A DNA stretch of 64,000 bases, from the sequence record NZ_CP110908.1; one strand, given 5' to 3'. Source of the stretch: a plasmid. Positions 1 through 9,539 of this stretch are shown piece after piece; the first letter of the stretch is position 1; each line of letters starts with the position of its first letter. A program made the position numbers and the translations under genes. A model generated the notes under the pieces. The model was given only the letters and a program-made list of their open reading frames with translations. It was not told the DNA's origin and made no database searches.

Positions 1-122
1 CTGACTGAAGACGATCTGGCGCAGATCCGCCACTAATCCCCCTTTCCCGGCACTCCCTGTCCGGCCATCAGCGAATACTGGTGGGGCAGGGAGGCACCAG
101 ACTCAGGCTCTGCCTGCCAGCC

Positions 123-917
123 TCACGCTGTCCGCAGTGATGTCGGGGGATAATGTGTGCTTACCATCAGAAGCGAAGCCTCCTGCTTTTCAAGTTCGGC
201 TCTGGCGTTTTCCGACAAACCATCATCTGTAATTATTGTATCAAAGGCGTCCAGCGACAATGCCAGCCAGGTCGCCACCTGGCCATATTTTGTGGCGTCA
301 CAGACCAGTATCCGTTGCCTGCTGGCGTCGGCTATCGCCCGTTTTACCGTCACCTTATCTTCTGCCGGGGTGGAAATGCCCCGGACACTCCACGACGAGG
401 CAGAGATAAATGCCTGATCAATCATCAGCCCACGCAACATGGTTGCCGTGGCTTCCCCCACACATGAACGGTTTTCCCGGCAAACAGCCCCCCCGGTGTG
501 AATAATTGTGCAACTGCTGTTATCAAGCAGAAAATCTGCGATGACAAAATCATTGGTGACCACGGTAAGAGGTTCTGTTTTAACCAGATGCTGAGCGATG
601 GCAAGAGTGGTCGTTCCTGCATCCAGATAGATGCAACTGCCGGGCTGAATGAGACTGGCTGCAAGCTTTCCGATCGCTGTTTTTTGCTTCATTGCCAGTG
701 CTGTTTTCATCTGATGGGAAGGCTCATGCGCCACTCTCCCGGATAACTGAACACCACCAGACACCAGCGTCACGGCCCCCTGCTGCTCCAGTTTTTGCAA
801 ATCCCGGCGAATGGTCATATGCGACACATTTAACCTGTCTATCAGCTCAGCAATACTGACAACGCTTTTTTCAGCAATCATCCCCAGGATAATTTGTCGA
901 CGTTCTGCGGGTATCAA
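123..917 (-). CDS. ygbI: DeoR-family transcriptional regulator of the threonate/erythronate cluster (YgbI-like)
   Basis: 264-aa ORF with an N-terminal HTH (SIAELIDRLNVSHMTIRRDLQKLEQ) and a DeoR C-terminal effector domain. It is divergent from the downstream catabolic operon, as in E. coli ygbI-ygbJKLMN. Confidence 0.8.
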   Translation of the reverse strand: MIPAERRQIILGMIAEKSVVSIAELIDRLNVSHMTIRRDLQKLEQQGAVTLVSGGVQLSGRVAHEPSHQMKTALAMKQKTAIGKLAASLIQPGSCIYLDAGTTTLAIAQHLVKTEPLTVVTNDFVIADFLLDNSSCTIIHTGGAVCRENRSCVGEATATMLRGLMIDQAFISASSWSVRGISTPAEDKVTVKRAIADASRQRILVCDATKYGQVATWLALSLDAFDTIITDDGLSENARAELEKQEASLLMVSTHYPPTSLRTA

Positions 918-1110
918 CTTCAGCTCCTTCCTTTTGACCTGCGGTCATTCTACGTTATTTGTTCGTTATACGTGTATGACCCGTATTCTGGATTCACATA
1001 AATTAACAGCATATGTTAATTTATGTGACGCGATTCACTAACCAGCTTTCGTTAACTGTATATATTAACAATATAGAACAAAATAACACTTAAATTAACA
1101 AGGAAAGAAG

Positions 1111-2019
1111 ATGAAAACGGGCTCAGAGTATCATGTCGGTGTTGTTGGTTTAGGTTCAATGGGGATGGGAGCGGCACTGTCATGCGTGCGCGCCGGTCTG
1201 TCCACCTGGGGGGCTGATCTGAACGTCAGAGCATGCGAAACCCTCAAAAAATCAGGGGCATGCGGCGTTTCTGATAACGCAGCAGTGTTTGCAGAAAAAC
1301 TGGATGCGCTGCTGTTACTGGTGGTCAACGCGGCTCAGGTGAAGCAGATACTGTTTGGCGATAACGGTGTTGCCCGGCATCTGAAACCCGGAACCGTTGT
1401 GATGGTTTCCTCCACAATTGCCAGTGCTGATGCACAGGAAATTGCTACAGCCCTGGCGGCATTCGATCTGGATATGCTGGATGCACCTGTTTCCGGTGGC
1501 GCGATCAAAGCGGCTGACGGGGAAATGACCGTCATGGCTTCCGGCAGTGATAACGCTTTCGCCCGTCTCGAACCAGTCCTGGATGCTATTGCAGGCAAAG
1601 TTTACCGCATTGGTAAAGAACCGGGCCTGGGTGCCACGGTGAAAATAATTCACCAGCTTTTAGCGGGTGTACATATTGCCGCAGGGGCAGAAGCAATGGC
1701 ACTGGCCGCACGCGCGGGCATTCCACTGGATGTGATGTATGACGTGGTCACCCACGCTGCCGGCAACTCCTGGATGTTCGAAAACCGGATGCGCCACGTT
1801 GTTGATGGTGATTACACAGCTAAATCTGCCGTTGATATATTCGTAAAAGATTTAGGGTTAGTGGCCGATACCGCTAAATCACTCCACTTCCCGCTGCCCC
1901 TGGCATCAACCGCATTCAATATGTTCACTGCAGCCAGTAACGCCGGTTACGGCAAAGAAGATGACAGTGCGGTCATCAAAATTTTCTCCGGTATCACTCT
2001 TCCTGGGAGAAAATCATGA
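1111..2019 (+). CDS. ltnD: L-threonate dehydrogenase (3-hydroxyisobutyrate dehydrogenase family, NAD-binding)
   Basis: 302 aa with an N-terminal Rossmann motif (GVVGLGSMGMG). Belongs to the HIBADH/GarR family. First gene of the ygbJKLMN-type operon. RBS is AAGGAAAG. Confidence 0.85.
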   Translation: MKTGSEYHVGVVGLGSMGMGAALSCVRAGLSTWGADLNVRACETLKKSGACGVSDNAAVFAEKLDALLLLVVNAAQVKQILFGDNGVARHLKPGTVVMVSSTIASADAQEIATALAAFDLDMLDAPVSGGAIKAADGEMTVMASGSDNAFARLEPVLDAIAGKVYRIGKEPGLGATVKIIHQLLAGVHIAAGAEAMALAARAGIPLDVMYDVVTHAAGNSWMFENRMRHVVDGDYTAKSAVDIFVKDLGLVADTAKSLHFPLPLASTAFNMFTAASNAGYGKEDDSAVIKIFSGITLPGRKS

Positions 2020-3278
2020 TCAAGATTGGTGTTATCGCCGATGACTTTACCGGCGCGACAGACATCGCCAGTTTTCTGGTGGAAAACGGGTTATCTGCCG
2101 TGCAAATGAACGGGGTGCCAACGGGTGAACTGCCGGAAGACACCGACACGGTGGTTATCAGCCTGAAAACACGTTCCTGTCCAGTAACCGAAGCCATACA
2201 GCAATCGCTTAAGGCTCTTGAGTGGTTACAGCGGCATGGCTGTCGCCAGATCTACTTTAAATACTGCTCCACCTTTGACAGCACAGCACAGGGTAATATC
2301 GGACCGGTTACCGATGCCCTGATGGACGCACTCGAAACACCGTTTACCGTCTTCTCTCCCTCGCTGCCTGTGAATGGTCGCACAGTGTATCAGGGCTACC
2401 TGTTTGTAATGAGTCAGCTGCTGGCTGAATCCGGAATGCGCCACCACCCGGTAAATCCCATGACCGACAGCTATCTTCCCCGGCTGGCCGAAGCACAGTC
2501 AAAAGGGCGCTGTGGCGTGGTTCCGGTCAGCATTCTTGAACAGGGTGCTGACGCCATTCGTCAGGAACTGGCTCGCTTACAGCAGGCAGGCTGTCGCTAT
2601 GCCGTTCTTGATGCCCTGACAGAACACCATCTGGAGATCCAGGGCGAAGCCCTGCGTGACGCCCCGCTGGTGACCGGCGGTTCCGGTCTGGCGATTGGCC
2701 TGGCACGACAATGGGCCATACCTGGTCATTCCTCTGTACACGAAACGGTCCGGCCATTCACCGGGCGCGGTGTTGTGCTCTCCGGCTCCTGCTCGCAGAT
2801 GACGAACCTGCAGGTGGCTCATTATTGCCGGATAGCCCCATCCCGTGAAGTGGATATTTCCCGTTGTCTCTCCGCAGAAACACTGGCGCCATACGTTTGT
2901 GAACTGGCTGCATGGGTATTACATCAGGAAAGCGATCTTGCCCCACTGGTGTTTGCCACCGCCAGTACCACCGCTCTGGCTGCCATCCAACAACAATATG
3001 GAGCCCGGAAAGCCAGCCAGGCGGTGGAAGCCCTGTTTTCTCAGCTGGCTGCCCAACTGGCTGCAGACGGTGTCACACGTTTTATTGTCGCCGGTGGGGA
3101 AACCTCGGGCGTGGTCACGCAGAGCCTCTCAGTCACAGGTTTTCACATCGGCCCGACAATTTCCGCCGGTGTGCCCTGGGTCAATGCCCTTGATAAACCG
3201 GTTTCACTCGCCCTTAAATCCGGGAATTTCGGGGATGAAGCCTTTTTTTCGCGTGCCCAGAGAGAGTTTCAGCCATGA
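2016..3278 (+). CDS. otnK: 3-oxo-tetronate kinase (four-carbon acid sugar kinase family, YgbK-like)
   Basis: 420 aa with the N-terminal MIKIGVIADDFTGATDIA motif typical of the DUF1537/DUF2257 kinase family. Its start overlaps ltnD by 4 bp. Confidence 0.85.
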   Translation: MIKIGVIADDFTGATDIASFLVENGLSAVQMNGVPTGELPEDTDTVVISLKTRSCPVTEAIQQSLKALEWLQRHGCRQIYFKYCSTFDSTAQGNIGPVTDALMDALETPFTVFSPSLPVNGRTVYQGYLFVMSQLLAESGMRHHPVNPMTDSYLPRLAEAQSKGRCGVVPVSILEQGADAIRQELARLQQAGCRYAVLDALTEHHLEIQGEALRDAPLVTGGSGLAIGLARQWAIPGHSSVHETVRPFTGRGVVLSGSCSQMTNLQVAHYCRIAPSREVDISRCLSAETLAPYVCELAAWVLHQESDLAPLVFATASTTALAAIQQQYGARKASQAVEALFSQLAAQLAADGVTRFIVAGGETSGVVTQSLSVTGFHIGPTISAGVPWVNALDKPVSLALKSGNFGDEAFFSRAQREFQP

Positions 3279-3913
3279 ATGATGCCGCAAAAAAAGAACA
3301 ATTCCTGCGGGAGGAAATGATTCGGATCGCCGGCTCTTTCTTTCAGCGCGGCTATGCCACAGGTTCGGCCGGCAATCTGTCCCTGCTTTTACCCGACGGC
3401 AACTTACTGGCAACGCCAACAGGGTCGAGTCTGGGTAATCTTGACCCACAACGGCTTTCCAAAGTGACGCCCGGGGGGGAATGGCTGAGTGGTGACAAAC
3501 CGTCCAAAGAGGTGCGCTTCCATCTGGCGCTGTATCAAAACAATCCGGGTTGCAAAGCGGTGGTGCATTTGCACAGCACCTGGTCAACGGCACTTTCCTG
3601 CCTACAGGGGCTGAACAGCAGCAATGTCATCCGCCCTTTTACGCCTTATGTCGTCATGCGGATGGGAAATATCCCACTGATACCCTATTACCGTCCCGGA
3701 GATAAACGCATCGCTCAGGATCTGGCTAAACTGGCCGCCGATCATCAGGCTTTTTTACTGGCAAATCATGGACCGGTTGTCTGTGGGGAAAGTCTGCAGG
3801 AGGCCGCTAACAATATGGAAGAACTGGAGGAAACGGCAAAGTTGATCTTCATCCTCAATGACCGTCCGATCCGGTATCTGACCACCGATGAAATTGCTGA
3901 GTTAAGGAGCTGA
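3275..3913 (+). CDS. otnC: Class II aldolase/adducin-family 3-oxo-tetronate 4-phosphate decarboxylase (YgbL-like)
   Basis: 212 aa, class II aldolase fold (FucA-like). Translationally coupled to otnK by an ATGA overlap. Confidence 0.85.
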   Translation: MNDAAKKEQFLREEMIRIAGSFFQRGYATGSAGNLSLLLPDGNLLATPTGSSLGNLDPQRLSKVTPGGEWLSGDKPSKEVRFHLALYQNNPGCKAVVHLHSTWSTALSCLQGLNSSNVIRPFTPYVVMRMGNIPLIPYYRPGDKRIAQDLAKLAADHQAFLLANHGPVVCGESLQEAANNMEELEETAKLIFILNDRPIRYLTTDEIAELRS

Positions 3914-3917
3914 TACC

Positions 3918-4694
3918 ATGCCACGTTTTGCCGCTAATTTGTCCATGATGTTCACTGAGATCCCCTTTATTGAACGTTTTGCTGCCGCGCGAAATGCAGG
4001 ATTTAATGCTGTGGAGTTTCTGTTTCCTTATGATCACTCCCCGCATGAAATCCGGCAGCAACTGACACAAAACAATCTGACGCTTGTCCTGTTTAATACT
4101 GCAGCAGGAAATATCCATGCAGGAGAATGGGGATTATCCGCCCTGCCAGGGCGGGAGAAGGAGGCCCGTACGGATATCGATCGGGCACTGGAATATGCGC
4201 TGGCTCTCAATTGCGAGCAGGTCCACGTCATGGCAGGGGTCGTCCCCACCGGTGAAGATGCAGGCCTGTGTCGTGAGGTCTTTATCGACAACCTTCGCTA
4301 TGCTGCCGAACGCTTTGCACCACACGGTAAACGCGTCCTGATCGAAGCGCTCAGCCCTGGTGTGAAACCTGACTATCTTTTCTCCAGCCAGTATCAGGCA
4401 CTGGCGATTGTTAAAGAGGTCTCGCGTCCGAACGTCTTTATCCAGCTGGATACTTTCCATGCTCAAAAAGTGGATGGCAATCTGACCCGGTTAATCCGCG
4501 ATTACGCCGGAAAATATGCCCACGTTCAAATTGCCGGACTTCCTGACCGGCATGAACCGGACGACGGAGAAATTAACTATTCATGGCTTTTCCGCCTGTT
4601 CGATGAGGTGGAATACCCGGGCTGGATTGGGTGTGAGTACACCCCCCGAACCCATACCGAAGCTGGGCTTGGCTGGTTTAACGCCTGGCGATAA
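3918..4694 (+). CDS. otnI: 2-oxo-tetronate isomerase (hydroxypyruvate isomerase / xylose-isomerase-like TIM barrel, YgbM-like)
   Basis: 258 aa, Hyi family ([14 protein letters not shown]...). Operon position matches E. coli ygbM. Confidence 0.85.
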   Translation: MPRFAANLSMMFTEIPFIERFAAARNAGFNAVEFLFPYDHSPHEIRQQLTQNNLTLVLFNTAAGNIHAGEWGLSALPGREKEARTDIDRALEYALALNCEQVHVMAGVVPTGEDAGLCREVFIDNLRYAAERFAPHGKRVLIEALSPGVKPDYLFSSQYQALAIVKEVSRPNVFIQLDTFHAQKVDGNLTRLIRDYAGKYAHVQIAGLPDRHEPDDGEINYSWLFRLFDEVEYPGWIGCEYTPRTHTEAGLGWFNAWR

Positions 4695-4779
4695 CGCTTA
4701 ATTCATTATCACAACGACTCTACATTCCCCCCATCTCCGGATGGGGCAGGTTAACTATAACTTTCAGACAGGGTTTCTC

Positions 4780-6147
4780 ATGTCCACTATCACATTGTTA
4801 TGCATTGCGTTAGCCGGCGTAATCATGCTGTTACTGCTGGTCATTAAGGCAAAAGTTCAGCCTTTCATTGCACTGTTGCTCGTCAGTCTGGTCGTTGCAC
4901 TAGCCGCGGGGATCCCGGCGGGTGACGTCAGCAAAGTCATGATCGCCGGAATGGGAGGTGTTCTCGGCTCCGTCACGATTATTATCGGCCTTGGCGCAAT
5001 GTTAGGGCGGATGATAGAGCATTCTGGCGGTGCTGAATCTCTGGCCAACTATTTCAGCCAAAAACTGGGAAGTAAACGCACCATTGCTGCACTCACCCTG
5101 GCCGCATTTTTCCTGGGTATTCCCGTGTTCTTTGATGTCGGGTTTATTATTCTGGCACCGATTATTTACGGTTTTGCCAAAGTAGCCAGGCTGTCCCCAC
5201 TTAAATTTGGTTTGCCGGTCGCCGGGATTATGCTGACCGTTCACGTGGCGGTACCTCCTCATCCAGGCCCGGTAGCCGCCGCAGGGTTACTCCATGCAGA
5301 TATTGGCTGGCTGACCATTCTCGGTATCGCCATTTCCATTCCGGTCGGTATTGTCGGCTACATTGCAGCCAGAATGATCAATAAACGTCAGTACGCGCTG
5401 TCCGTTGACGTGCTGGAACAGATGCAACTGACTCCCGCGGCCAGTTCCGGGGAAACCACGAAAATCAGTGACAAAATGAGCCCCCCAGGTGTGGCGCTGG
5501 TTACCGCTCTGATTGTCATTCCAATTGCCATTATTATGGCCGGAACCGTGTCTGCCACGTTAATGCCGGCATCGCATCCGCTGTTAGGCACGCTACAACT
5601 GCTTGGCTCCCCGATGGTGGCGCTGATGATTGCGCTGATACTGGCATTCTGGTTGCTGGCTTTACGTCGGGGCTGGGGTTTACAACATACCAGCGACATT
5701 ATGGGGTCGGCGCTACCCACTGCAGCAGTTGTCATCCTGGTGACGGGGGCGGGGGGCGTATTTGGTAAGGTTCTGGTGGAGTCCGGCGTGGGTAAGGCCC
5801 TTGCCAGTATGCTCCATATGATGGACCTGCCTCTGTTGCCTGCCGCCTTTATCATTTCACTGGCTCTCAGGGCATCACAGGGCTCAGCGACAGTGGCTAT
5901 TCTTACTACCGGTGGGCTACTTTCTGAAGCTGTTGTGGGGCTAAATCCGATCCAGTGCGTGCTGGTTACACTGGCTGCCTGCTTTGGCGGACTTGGGGCA
6001 TCACATATCAACGACTCTGGTTTCTGGATCGTGACCCGATACCTGGGATTAAGTGTGGCAGATGGACTGAAAACCTGGACCGTATTAACCACGATCCTCG
6101 GCTTCACAGGCTTCCTGATTACCTGGGGCATATGGGCAGTGGTTTAG
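4780..6147 (+). CDS. ygbN: GntP-family permease (YgbN-like transporter for threonate/erythronate)
   Basis: Multi-pass membrane ORF of GntP family. The six-frame ORF begins at 4741; the likely true start is the Met at 4780 (MSTITLLC...), giving about 455 aa as in YgbN. Confidence 0.8.
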   Translation: MSTITLLCIALAGVIMLLLLVIKAKVQPFIALLLVSLVVALAAGIPAGDVSKVMIAGMGGVLGSVTIIIGLGAMLGRMIEHSGGAESLANYFSQKLGSKRTIAALTLAAFFLGIPVFFDVGFIILAPIIYGFAKVARLSPLKFGLPVAGIMLTVHVAVPPHPGPVAAAGLLHADIGWLTILGIAISIPVGIVGYIAARMINKRQYALSVDVLEQMQLTPAASSGETTKISDKMSPPGVALVTALIVIPIAIIMAGTVSATLMPASHPLLGTLQLLGSPMVALMIALILAFWLLALRRGWGLQHTSDIMGSALPTAAVVILVTGAGGVFGKVLVESGVGKALASMLHMMDLPLLPAAFIISLALRASQGSATVAILTTGGLLSEAVVGLNPIQCVLVTLAACFGGLGASHINDSGFWIVTRYLGLSVADGLKTWTVLTTILGFTGFLITWGIWAVV

Positions 6148-6269
6148 CGTCAGTAAAAATCAGACACCAGTCAGAATTTTCACGCCCTGACCAGGAATGG
6201 TGAGGGGATGGGCATTCCGGTCACAGTCACCGCTGGTGAGCCACATCGCTTTACCTTTGCAACCTGATG

Positions 6270-6296
6270 TCTGCTCAAAACTTGTTTTTGAGCAGA
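6270..6296 (+). terminator. Hairpin downstream of ygbN (tctgctcaaaa-ctt-gtttttgagcaga)
   Basis: Perfect 11-bp stem with an internal T-run about 120 bp after the ygbN stop. Likely an intrinsic or bidirectional terminator. Confidence 0.4.
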
Positions 6297-6345
6297 CGAC
6301 GGGTTGGGCAAGCCCGCCGGGCGCGTCAGGCCGTTATCAAAGGAC

Positions 6346-7137
6346 TCACACTGACCCTTTCAGCATGGCCACCGCATCCGTCTCCGGCATCTGAAACTGC
6401 ACCCGGTGCCGCGCCGCCACGTCCAGTGCAAACACCTTCGTGTACACCTCTGTCGAACTGACTGACTTGTGGCCCATCAGGCTCTGCAGCACCTTCAGCG
6501 GGATACCGGCGTACAGCATATGCATGGCGTAGCTGTGACGGAACGTATGCGGTGTCACCGGCACGGAGAACATCACGCCGTCGACCGCAGCGATTTCAAC
6601 CGCTTCATTCAGCCAGGTCCGGACCGTCCGGTCGGTGATCTCCCAGATGCGGGCCTTCTCCGTTCTGCCGGTGCGTTTATTCTTCCGCTCAAGCGGGATC
6701 TTCAGCGTGGCAACCATCATCTCCAGCTGGCTGACATACTGCTGATCAGAAAGCGGTACCAGGCGATGCGCCTGACTGCCTGCAGGGGCACGGCCTGCCG
6801 TTCTGGCTGCTTTCTCCGTGCGCTGTTTCAGGGTGGCCAGTTGCACAAACGGATAAGGCGGCGCGAGCGAAAAATCCCCCCTTGTCAGGGCCAGGGCTTC
6901 GTTGATGCGTGCCCCGGTGTTCCACAACGTCGCCAGCAGCATTTTACGGTGCAGGTCCGGCACATAGTGGAGCAGGGCACTCACTTCCGGGGCCAGCAGG
7001 TATTTCGGCAGTTCATCCTGCACCAGCGCCATCTGACGCAGGACCAGCGCGGCCGGATAATCAATGGCCACCGGCAGATGAACGGGCTGAACCGGCGAAT
7101 GCAATGCCGGTCGCTGTACCGGCAGGTTACTGTTCAT
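6346..7137 (-). CDS. resD: Tyrosine site-specific recombinase/resolvase, F-plasmid ResD (D protein)-like
   Basis: Phage-integrase-family catalytic region (HTFRHSYAMHMLYAGIPLKVLQSLMGHKSVSSTEVYT). Sits downstream of ccdAB, as in F. The six-frame ORF extends to 7329, but the likely start is MNSNLPV at 7137 (about 263 aa). Confidence 0.8.
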   Translation of the reverse strand: MNSNLPVQRPALHSPVQPVHLPVAIDYPAALVLRQMALVQDELPKYLLAPEVSALLHYVPDLHRKMLLATLWNTGARINEALALTRGDFSLAPPYPFVQLATLKQRTEKAARTAGRAPAGSQAHRLVPLSDQQYVSQLEMMVATLKIPLERKNKRTGRTEKARIWEITDRTVRTWLNEAVEIAAVDGVMFSVPVTPHTFRHSYAMHMLYAGIPLKVLQSLMGHKSVSSTEVYTKVFALDVAARHRVQFQMPETDAVAMLKGSV

Positions 7138-7442
7138 CCCGTTCTCCGTTGCCCTGCACCGGGCCATCAGTATCCGGAGCCATCCGCCAGACGGCCCCGC
7201 CGAACTCGGTTCCCCCGACCACCTGCGACCATTCGTCACTGCAGGCCAGGCTTTTCGCCACCACCGCAAAATCCACATGGCTGAGCGGGGTGTCGCCACG
7301 CTCGCCAGGCGTTTCCAGGACCAGACCATCCGGTACCACCGGGCCGGGCGTGCCGGCCAGTCTGGCAGAGCGGCGCCAGAAACTGCGGATACAGCCCCCC
7401 TGTCTCAGGACACTGAGCAGCACCTGTTCGCTGATCCGCATG

Positions 7443-7748
7443 TCAGATCCCCCGGAACATCAGGTTGATGGCGTTCTGGATGTCATTCTCCAGGTGGCTG
7501 AGATCGGCCACTTCTTCCCCGATGACAGTGGCCGGCACACTGGCCATATCCGTGGTCATCAGACGATAAGGGTCACCTCCGACTGACACCACCGGATAAA
7601 GCTCACGCGAGACTTTGTCGGACAGCAGGCGGGCGCTGACCAGCGGGATCACCATCCGGCGTCCCGGGGTGTCAATAATGTCACTCTGCACGTCGACGAA
7701 CAGACGGTAGCGGCTTTCTCTTTTATAGGCGTAAACCTTAAACTGCAT
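7443..7748 (-). CDS. ccdB: CcdB toxin (gyrase poison)
   Basis: The [36 protein letters not shown]... sequence matches F-plasmid CcdB over its full length of 101 aa. Its start overlaps the ccdA stop. Confidence 0.95.
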   Translation of the reverse strand: MQFKVYAYKRESRYRLFVDVQSDIIDTPGRRMVIPLVSARLLSDKVSRELYPVVSVGGDPYRLMTTDMASVPATVIGEEVADLSHLENDIQNAINLMFRGI

Positions 7749-7749
7749 A

Positions 7750-7968
7750 TCACCAGTCCCTGTTTTCGTCAGCAAACGATCCGTTAGCCTCGATAAAGCT
7801 GGCCACCTCAGCCATACCTTCCCGGTTTTCTTCCTGCCAGCGTTCGGCGCGCAGACGGCGGGCTTCGTTCTGCATGGTCGTACTGACCAGACCGGAGATA
7901 TTTACGTCGTATGCCTTGAGCAACTGATAGCTGTCGCTGTCCACTGTCACTGTAATACGCTGCTTCAC
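7750..7968 (-). CDS. ccdA: CcdA antitoxin
   Basis: [45 protein letters not shown]... matches F CcdA (72 aa). A GTG start at 7968 is inferred; the ORF track extends to 8028. Confidence 0.9.
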   Translation of the reverse strand: MKQRITVTVDSDSYQLLKAYDVNISGLVSTTMQNEARRLRAERWQEENREGMAEVASFIEANGSFADENRDW

Positions 7969-8684
7969 AATGCACCTCTTTTTTACATACTTCAGGTATG
8001 CCATAAAGTATACATTCTGCTGAAGCAAAAATCTGCTCCGCTCTGTGAATACTGTAAACCGGCTTACAGTGACTGAGTTAACTGTACACTGCTGTTATAG
8101 ACATACCTCGCATATGCATTTTGATGCGCATCTTATTGATGCCGGATTTCGCCTCTTAAAACGCATACTGTTAGCCAGCCACTAGTAACCTAATCATATT
8201 TTACACATAGCAACTTTCACCAGATGCAATTACAACTCAACTTATAAAAACACCCCTGAATTACCGGATGGCAGTTTTCTGGTGATCCGATTTCTGGAGT
8301 ATTTAAGACTTTCCGGAAGTGTACCACGGGCAGGGAATAAGCAAAGCGGTCTTTTCCGGCCCTGTGCGACAGGTCAGGAAAAGAGAGAGTAACACAACAT
8401 ATAGTAGATAATCCGTCTTACGGAGTAGTGCATTTTGTGTTTCCGGGCCGAAGATCGCCGGAGTGGTACAGGAAGATCCGGGACTGCCTTTTTTCGGATC
8501 TGAGCGGGAAAAGTGAGAAACCAACATAGGTGTAACATATCCATATGCCGGGCATCTGCATAGGCAAAGCATACGCATATACCTACCATCTGCATATGTA
8601 ACACCTATACAAGCCGGGCTTGCAGGCATATACTTCACCTATGCGGGAATACTCCCTGGCACACTCAGCATATGAGGAAAAACC

Positions 8685-8915
8685 ATGCGCACAGTTTCGA
8701 TATTTAAAAACGGCAATAACCGCGCCATCCGTCTGCCCCGGGACCTGGATTTTGATGGCGTCAGCGAGCTGGAGATCGTCCGGGAAGGGGACAGCATCAT
8801 TCTGCGTCCCGTCCGGCCGACCTGGGGCTCGTTCGCGCAGCTGGACAGGGCCGATCCGGACTTTATGGCGGAGCGGGAAACTGTCTTCAGTGACCAGGGC
8901 CGGGGTGAGCAGTGA
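8685..8915 (+). CDS. vagC: VagC/VapB antitoxin (SpoVT/AbrB-type)
   Basis: 76 aa, MRTVSIFKNGNNRAIRLPRDLDFDGVSELEIVREGDSIILRPV..., highly similar to Salmonella virulence-plasmid VagC. Overlaps vagD by 4 bp. Confidence 0.9.
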   Translation: MRTVSIFKNGNNRAIRLPRDLDFDGVSELEIVREGDSIILRPVRPTWGSFAQLDRADPDFMAERETVFSDQGRGEQ

Positions 8916-9322
8916 ACAGGACATATATGCTCGACACCCGTCTCTGCGCGTACATCATGCGCGAGCAGCCGGAAGCGGTACTGACACGCCTGGAGCAGGC
9001 GGTGCTGCGCGGCGACCGTATCGTGGTCTCTGCCGTCACCTGGGCCGAACTGTCACAGGCGGCACGGGCGTCCGGTCCCGCCACGCAGGCACTGGCCGAC
9101 GCGTTCTGCGCCAGTCTCGATGCCGTGCTGGCCTGGGATCGCGCCGCGGTGGATGCCACCACCGTCATTAAGGCAGCACTGGCCGCAGACGGCACGCCGA
9201 TCGGCCCGAATGACACGGCGATCGCTGGGCATGCCATCGCCGCCGGCGCCGTGCTGGTGACGAACAATGTGAGAGAGTTTGCGCGGGTCCCGGGCCTGGT
9301 GCTGGAAGACTGGGTTAAATAG
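8912..9322 (+). CDS. vagD: VagD/VapC PIN-domain toxin
   Basis: 136 aa with a PIN domain carrying an N-terminal acidic residue (MLDTRLCAYIM) and a C-terminal LVTNNVREF motif. Partner of vagC. Confidence 0.9.
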   Translation: MNRTYMLDTRLCAYIMREQPEAVLTRLEQAVLRGDRIVVSAVTWAELSQAARASGPATQALADAFCASLDAVLAWDRAAVDATTVIKAALAADGTPIGPNDTAIAGHAIAAGAVLVTNNVREFARVPGLVLEDWVK

Positions 9323-9539
9323 TACGGCAGAAACACCGTATTAATGGAGGTCCGCTTTGTGCCAAAAGCAGACTTTAAGTTGTCCAAGAACAGCTCTCAT
9401 ATCTTGGCCTCTTTATGTCGACCACCACTTCAGTGCCTGCAGGATTTAAGGGGACAACGAGCCTGCATGTGGACACAGGTATATCGGTGAGTTAATGTCT
9501 TTAAGGGGTATCATTTGACTGTATCTTGAGGGACTTAGA

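Noticed and set aside
7127-7441. 104-aa ORF between ccdB and resD, and the 327-aa extended version of resD starting at 7329
   Set aside because: The 104-aa ORF overlaps the out-of-frame N-terminal extension of resD. The extended resD N-terminus (MVWSWKRLASVATPRS...) is Trp/Arg-rich and unlike recombinases. The conserved integrase sequence begins at the Met at 7137.
6469-7586. ORFs of 271 aa and 225 aa on the plus strand opposite resD/ccdB
   Set aside because: They are antisense to conserved F-plasmid genes and have Arg/Pro/Gly-rich low-complexity translations with no motif support.
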